Shown here piece by piece: positions 27,355 through 32,000 of a stretch of 32,000 nucleotides of DNA; positions within the stretch are counted from its first letter, which is position 1; the number at the start of each line of letters is the position of its first letter. The notes beneath the pieces were generated by a model that saw nothing but the letters and a program-made list of their open reading frames with translations, was not told the origin of the DNA and did not search any database. Source of the stretch: an uncultured archaeon (GTDB lineage Archaea; Asgardarchaeota; Jordiarchaeia; Jordiarchaeales; Jordiarchaeaceae). A program made the position numbers and the translations under genes. Where the stretch lies: positions 1 to 32,000 of the forward strand of contig CAZECW010000025.1 of assembly GCA_964510585.1 (NCBI GenBank). Reading direction: 5' to 3'.

Positions 27355-28578
27355 CTATACTGTGCCTTCTAGTTGCCATAGTTCCTGTACTAATCTAGGA
27401 AGGAATGCTCCAACGTCGCTTATTATCCCTATGGCGTAGGTTCCTCGATCTGTAAGTTTTGTAACCACCGCTGGGTTTATGTCTATACAAATTGTTTTTA
27501 CAGTGGATGGGAGCATGTTTCCCACAGCTATGGAGTGTAGTGTGGTTGCGAGCATAAGTACTAAATCTGTGTTTCTCAATGCCTTCCTCATTGCGTCCTG
27601 TGCTTCCATTACGTCAGTAATGACATCCGGTATAGGGCCATCGTCTCTTATGGATCCTGCAAGTACCAGTTCCACATTGTTTCTTATGCATTCGTACATG
27701 ATTCCGCTTTTTAGGATTCCCTTCTCAACCGCGTCCCGGATTGAGCCTGCTTTTCTGATTACATTTATAGCCATTAAGTGATGGCGGTGTCCTCCTTCAT
27801 AGTTCTCAAGTGTTTTTAAATCCATTCCGAGGCTGGTTCCGTACAGAGAGTTCTCTACATCATGTACTGCTACTGCATTTCCTGTTAGTAGCGCCTGAAC
27901 GTAACCCATTCTTATTAATTCGGACAGTGCTGCCGATGCTCCAGCATGGATGACTGCGGGACCCGGAACCACTACGATTTTTCCGCCTTTTTTTCTAAGC
28001 TCAAACATCTCTTTTGCTATCATGCGTGTAAGGGATAAGGTGGGTTTTTCTGATGATATGGCGCTGCTCATAAAGCTGAAAACCTCTTTTTTTCGTGACC
28101 TTTCTGGGGGGATAACTTTTATGCCCTTGTTTCCAACAACAACTAGTTCCCCCTTCTTTACTTTTCTCATTGGTATGCTGTAGGGTTTACCCTCTCTAAT
28201 CACTATGACTTTGTCCATTTCTTGGTTTTCTGTTTTTATCCATTCCCCGTTTATCATAATAAATGTGGGATGATTAGTCGTTGAATAGAAATTATCCGGT
28301 AGCACTCCATCGTCAGGGGCGGGGATTAGTTCTGCGTCCACCGCCTTTTCAGTTACCACCGCACCTAACTTCTGAAGTTCCGCAAGAATCATATCGAGGT
28401 GTTGTCGATCTTTGCCAAAAATGCGTATATGGGCGTGTGAATACTCGTTTTTAGTTTTCCCAATCCTGAACTCCAGTACCTCGAATTCTCCGTTTAAATC
28501 ATAGATTGCTCCAAATATTTTGGGAAGTATCATTGAATCTATTATATGCCCTGTTAACTCAATCTCAGCTTCAATCAA
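27355..28578 (-). CDS. TIGR00300-family LOR/SDH-domain protein (ornithine cyclodeaminase-like, related to the ArgZ C-terminal region)
   Basis: LTGHIIDS, PDDGVLPDNFYSTTNHPT, FMSSAISSEKP, GPAVIHAG, GNAVAVHDVE, LAGSIRDDGPIP, KLTDRG; SD GAGG before TTG. Confidence 0.88.
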   Translation of the reverse strand: MIEAEIELTGHIIDSMILPKIFGAIYDLNGEFEVLEFRIGKTKNEYSHAHIRIFGKDRQHLDMILAELQKLGAVVTEKAVDAELIPAPDDGVLPDNFYSTTNHPTFIMINGEWIKTENQEMDKVIVIREGKPYSIPMRKVKKGELVVVGNKGIKVIPPERSRKKEVFSFMSSAISSEKPTLSLTRMIAKEMFELRKKGGKIVVVPGPAVIHAGASAALSELIRMGYVQALLTGNAVAVHDVENSLYGTSLGMDLKTLENYEGGHRHHLMAINVIRKAGSIRDAVEKGILKSGIMYECIRNNVELVLAGSIRDDGPIPDVITDVMEAQDAMRKALRNTDLVLMLATTLHSIAVGNMLPSTVKTICIDINPAVVTKLTDRGTYAIGIISDVGAFLPRLVQELWQLEGTV

Positions 28579-29024
28579 TATTTATTCCTCTTTTAGGTTG
28601 GTACAGGCCTTCCTAGGTAAATTGATGCGGTTTTTGGGTGTTTGTTTGTTCTGTTTTTTATAACTCATATTTTGGTGTCTTGGGTGTGCAATAAGAATTG
28701 TATATTATAATATTTTTGGAGTTATTTTTGGCACTGCTAAACCCGGTTTACCTTCTGTGTGTATTATAGTTTTGTCTTCTTCTGCTCTTTTTTGGTTTAA
28801 ACCAAGCTCATATCCATTCTTTAAAACTTAGGGTTTCCTGTTTCAAACGATACTTTTCAAAACTTCTTCAATTCGTATGTGGAGGCTTATGTTGGGTTAC
28901 CTCTGCTTGGTTCTTTTGAAAAATTATTGTAGTAAGTTTTTGTGGCTTTTATATATGATTTTACAATAATTATGGTGAAACTTTAGGGCAATTTAAGTAT
29001 CTTGAAAAAGTGGATGATGAAAAT

Positions 29025-32000
29025 ATGCAGGATATTTTGGGAAAAATGTCTAGGTCTAATTTGCATCCTTTTCTGTGCCTTATCCTTCTATTACAAATTA
29101 AGTTTGTCTTGTTTAAGGTTGGTCAGCTGACCTTGAGCACCAGTTTTGTGAATCTTTCTCACTCCATTAACTCAGAATCATTTGTCCTGCCTTTTCTCAT
29201 ATTTTTTGGTGCAGTGTTTTTTGATGGAAAAAAGGTGCCTTTTTCTCGTTATCTCCTAACGCAGGATAAAATTAGATTACTTAGGGGAAAAAATGTCTTA
29301 TCAGAGGAGACTGTTTTCCAATTACTTCCCCCTTCTGAAAAGGATGGATTTAACTCTCCCTTGTGCCAAAATTTTTTGGTTCCAGATGTAGAGCTAGATG
29401 AGCAACTGGAGTATGCGTACGAGATAAATGTTAGGGGGGAAACAATTTCTCCTTGCCTTTACATTTTTTCAAAGCAACCAATCATTGAAGAAGATTTAGA
29501 TGAAAAAGTTCAATCTGTTCTGTCAACCTTTAACCTAGGCGCCGATTATACTAGAATGCGTTTCGAGATATTGGAAGAAGAGTTTTTGGGTTTGATAGGA
29601 GGAGCTTATTTCACTGCGATTCGAAAGGTTAAGGGTGAAAAAAATATTTTAATTCTGGACGCGGATGGAAACCCAACTTACATTGCTGTGCTTACTTTGA
29701 AGGGTGCCCCAAATTGTGAATCACTAGATCCACAGTGCTTAGATCTTTTCTTGAAATCTATTGAAAACTTGGATACAAATTTAAATCTCGTAATTCCTTT
29801 TCGATTTTTAAAAAGAAGGAAATCTGAACAGACTTATAAGAACTTAAAAACAAGTGTTCGGGTTAAAAGTAAAACTCCAATTAAATACTGTGAAGCCTCT
29901 CCCTACATAGTTGTGAGGGGCGCCTCTCTAGAGAGCATTAAAAATCACATGAAGAGAGTGCACGCCGCCGCCAGTGCTGCATGGTCCGGAGTTAGGGAAA
30001 GAATTAATGTAGAGTTCTTGGACTGTAGCATAATTAAAAAATTCCTACACAACATAATTTGTAGGCGACTCCTTCCAGATAAAGATGTCTTTTTCATAAA
30101 AAATTTAAGTATTTATTTGAAAGTTCCCACTTCAACTAACGAGAAAAAGTTAAACTTTCCAATTGCCAATGAAAATCTGAAGGGCAATATTTCTAACAGC
30201 GATAAAATCCTATTGGGCGAAACTGCTTTGAGTGGACGCACAGTATCCGTTTGGATGGATTATGAAAATTTGTTACACTACGTGGTCATTTTTGGCGAAT
30301 CCTACGAAAAATCTTTTTTTATAATGAGCTTCCTCAAAAAAATTAAGAAGCCTTGGATAGTTTTCGATTTTAAGGGCGATCTCTCAAAGTTGAAGGATCT
30401 GTTTAATGATTCAATTTCATTTTTCAGTCTTAATTCTGGGTCTGAGCAACTTAAAATAAACCTCTTTGATCCTAAAGATAAATCGCCGGAGGAACACGCC
30501 TCATTCCTAATTAGTATTTTCAAAAAATTTTTTGAAAACAAATTGGAAAATATGCAGGAGCCACTTCACAGAATTCTGAGTCACTTCAGTAATGTGTTGA
30601 GATGTGAACATGGTCTCAGAGAGTTCGACAACGCCTTTAATGAAGTACTAAAAATTAATGATTCTAAAAAGCAGACCATCATAAGAGAACTTACACTCTT
30701 GCTCCACAATCTTCAGCAAGGTGTCCTAAGTAATGTTTTCAGCAGTAGCCACTCTAACATAGGCACAGAAATAGCTGATAAGCGTGTAATCATCGATTTA
30801 AATCATCCATACTCTGAAACAGATGCGACTGGCATAAAATTTCTCACAACCTATATTCTAGAAATATTATCTCGTGGTTCGTCTGAGATAGTAAATGGCT
30901 TAAAGCACGTAACGGTAATAAACTGCCCCGAAAACGGTTCAGAACTGATTAATTTTTTAACCAAGAAAGTTTTAGATAAATCCACTTTGCTAAAAAAAGG
31001 TGAGGGTCTAATTCTATCTGCCACCCATCCTCAAGACTTTAAAAGCATCTATAGTTTGGATTCATGTTATACAATTATTTTTGGCGGTCTAAGAGAACCT
31101 AGAAGAGGTTCTGAAATAATAGGTGGGATAAATCCAGAAGAAATAGAGAATCTCGGCGGGAAAGCTTTAATGATAATTCCGGGAACAGGAAACAAAATAA
31201 AATTTGAACCTATTTGGGATAAAAACCTAATTAAAAAAGAAGCGACAATTCCTGCGCTTAAAGTTGAACCTATCGATAACCGTTTCAAAGCACCGGCCAC
31301 TTTGGAAATGGAAGAGGCTAGTGACAAACTTGAGTTGAAACATCAGCCCCTCCCAGTAAAGAATACCTTCGTGACCGCCGATCAATTTCTCAGAGGAGTC
31401 CGTAACTCGAAAATTTCATTCGAACCCCCATATAATTTAAGTAGTGAGCAGGTCGCAGTCCTCATAAATCAGGTTTTAGCCATTCTTGATAGTGAAATAT
31501 ACTTAACAGATCTTTTTATATCAAAAATAATAGGAATACCCCCCAAGACTGTAAACAAAATTATGCGTGAAGTCTTAAATACAGATTCGGAAATTCAAAG
31601 AATATATGTTCCCGTAGTTGGAAGCAAAACCAATATTCCTCTGTACTACTCCAAATTCGGACCCAAATACGAAAATGTGCAGGACAAGTATTTGAAGGAT
31701 ATACTAGAGGAGATGTGCTTTAAAAACGGCATCAATTTCTCGCTAAAAAGAGATACCGAAACCGGAGCAGATGGTAAAATTGAATCCTACACTTTTAAAC
31801 TGTTTGTTCATATACCTAACGATGATGAGCTAAAAAGCACATTTCAAAAATTATTTTTGAAGTTTAACAGAGTTGCAGTTTTGTTCCTCCACGAAAAAGA
31901 TCTTGAAAAGGCCGAGAAGCTGAACAGTCAATGGAAAATACCTATACTTATGGGTAGCCTAATCAATCTTAACACATTTCTCACAGAAATAGTGGAGTCC
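29025..32000 (+). CDS. Large (>990 aa) protein truncated by the window end: N-terminal hydrophobic segments, degenerate HerA/VirB4-like P-loop domain, winged helix, possible nuclease-like C-terminus
   Basis: Manual translation of frame 3 is open from 28959 to the end, so the track omits it (no stop). Contains ILLGETA..., HYVVIFGESYEKS, WIVFDFKGD, INLFDP, VIIDL, VTVINCPE, GEGLILSATHP. Start uncertain (GTG 29010, ATG 29025 or ATG 29046). Confidence 0.75.
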   Translation, partial: MQDILGKMSRSNLHPFLCLILLLQIKFVLFKVGQLTLSTSFVNLSHSINSESFVLPFLIFFGAVFFDGKKVPFSRYLLTQDKIRLLRGKNVLSEETVFQLLPPSEKDGFNSPLCQNFLVPDVELDEQLEYAYEINVRGETISPCLYIFSKQPIIEEDLDEKVQSVLSTFNLGADYTRMRFEILEEEFLGLIGGAYFTAIRKVKGEKNILILDADGNPTYIAVLTLKGAPNCESLDPQCLDLFLKSIENLDTNLNLVIPFRFLKRRKSEQTYKNLKTSVRVKSKTPIKYCEASPYIVVRGASLESIKNHMKRVHAAASAAWSGVRERINVEFLDCSIIKKFLHNIICRRLLPDKDVFFIKNLSIYLKVPTSTNEKKLNFPIANENLKGNISNSDKILLGETALSGRTVSVWMDYENLLHYVVIFGESYEKSFFIMSFLKKIKKPWIVFDFKGDLSKLKDLFNDSISFFSLNSGSEQLKINLFDPKDKSPEEHASFLISIFKKFFENKLENMQEPLHRILSHFSNVLRCEHGLREFDNAFNEVLKINDSKKQTIIRELTLLLHNLQQGVLSNVFSSSHSNIGTEIADKRVIIDLNHPYSETDATGIKFLTTYILEILSRGSSEIVNGLKHVTVINCPENGSELINFLTKKVLDKSTLLKKGEGLILSATHPQDFKSIYSLDSCYTIIFGGLREPRRGSEIIGGINPEEIENLGGKALMIIPGTGNKIKFEPIWDKNLIKKEATIPALKVEPIDNRFKAPATLEMEEASDKLELKHQPLPVKNTFVTADQFLRGVRNSKISFEPPYNLSSEQVAVLINQVLAILDSEIYLTDLFISKIIGIPPKTVNKIMREVLNTDSEIQRIYVPVVGSKTNIPLYYSKFGPKYENVQDKYLKDILEEMCFKNGINFSLKRDTETGADGKIESYTFKLFVHIPNDDELKSTFQKLFLKFNRVAVLFLHEKDLEKAEKLNSQWKIPILMGSLINLNTFLTEIVES

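Noticed and set aside
28579-29000. Long T-rich spacer as a possible small gene or ncRNA
   Set aside because: The frames I checked gave only short ORFs without a start, and no convincing structure; treated as a divergent promoter region.
1-32000. tRNA, rRNA, CRISPR arrays, transposases, integrases
   Set aside because: No T-arm consensus in the spacers, no regularly spaced repeats and no transposase or integrase motifs were found by eye; tRNAscan-SE and Infernal would be needed to exclude them fully.

Overview
Archaeal chromosomal window, most likely from an Asgard archaeon. That assignment is inferred from a Rab-like GTPase, a two-domain gelsolin and a PCI-like winged-helix protein; the lineage cannot be resolved from sequence alone. 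Gene order: partial Zn-ribbon ORF, cobO, meaB, Nudix hydrolase, a convergent pair of thioredoxin-reductase-fold flavoproteins (one lacking CxxC), an in-frame Rab-GTPase/M20-peptidase fusion, nikR, methanogen-type serS, leuS, a VOC enzyme, a SnoaL-like protein, a DUF362 protein, acyl-CoA dehydrogenase, DUF6125-like and AhpD-like proteins, a glpK-glpA-glpB-glpC glycerol operon, gelsolin, a degenerate M24 peptidase, a PCI-like protein with apparently duplicated terminal domains, a small hypothetical protein, a TIGR00300/LOR-SDH protein, and a ~990-codon ORF missing from the track (runs off the window end) that resembles a motif-degenerate HerA/VirB4 ATPase. Top observations: (1) the Rab-M20 fusion; (2) strong strand-specific A/C-to-G/T compositional switches independent of gene orientation, sharpest inside leuS at ~11.5 kb; (3) the duplicated-domain PCI protein; (4) the membrane-anchored pseudo-ATPase. 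No rRNA, tRNA, CRISPR array or transposase was recognised.
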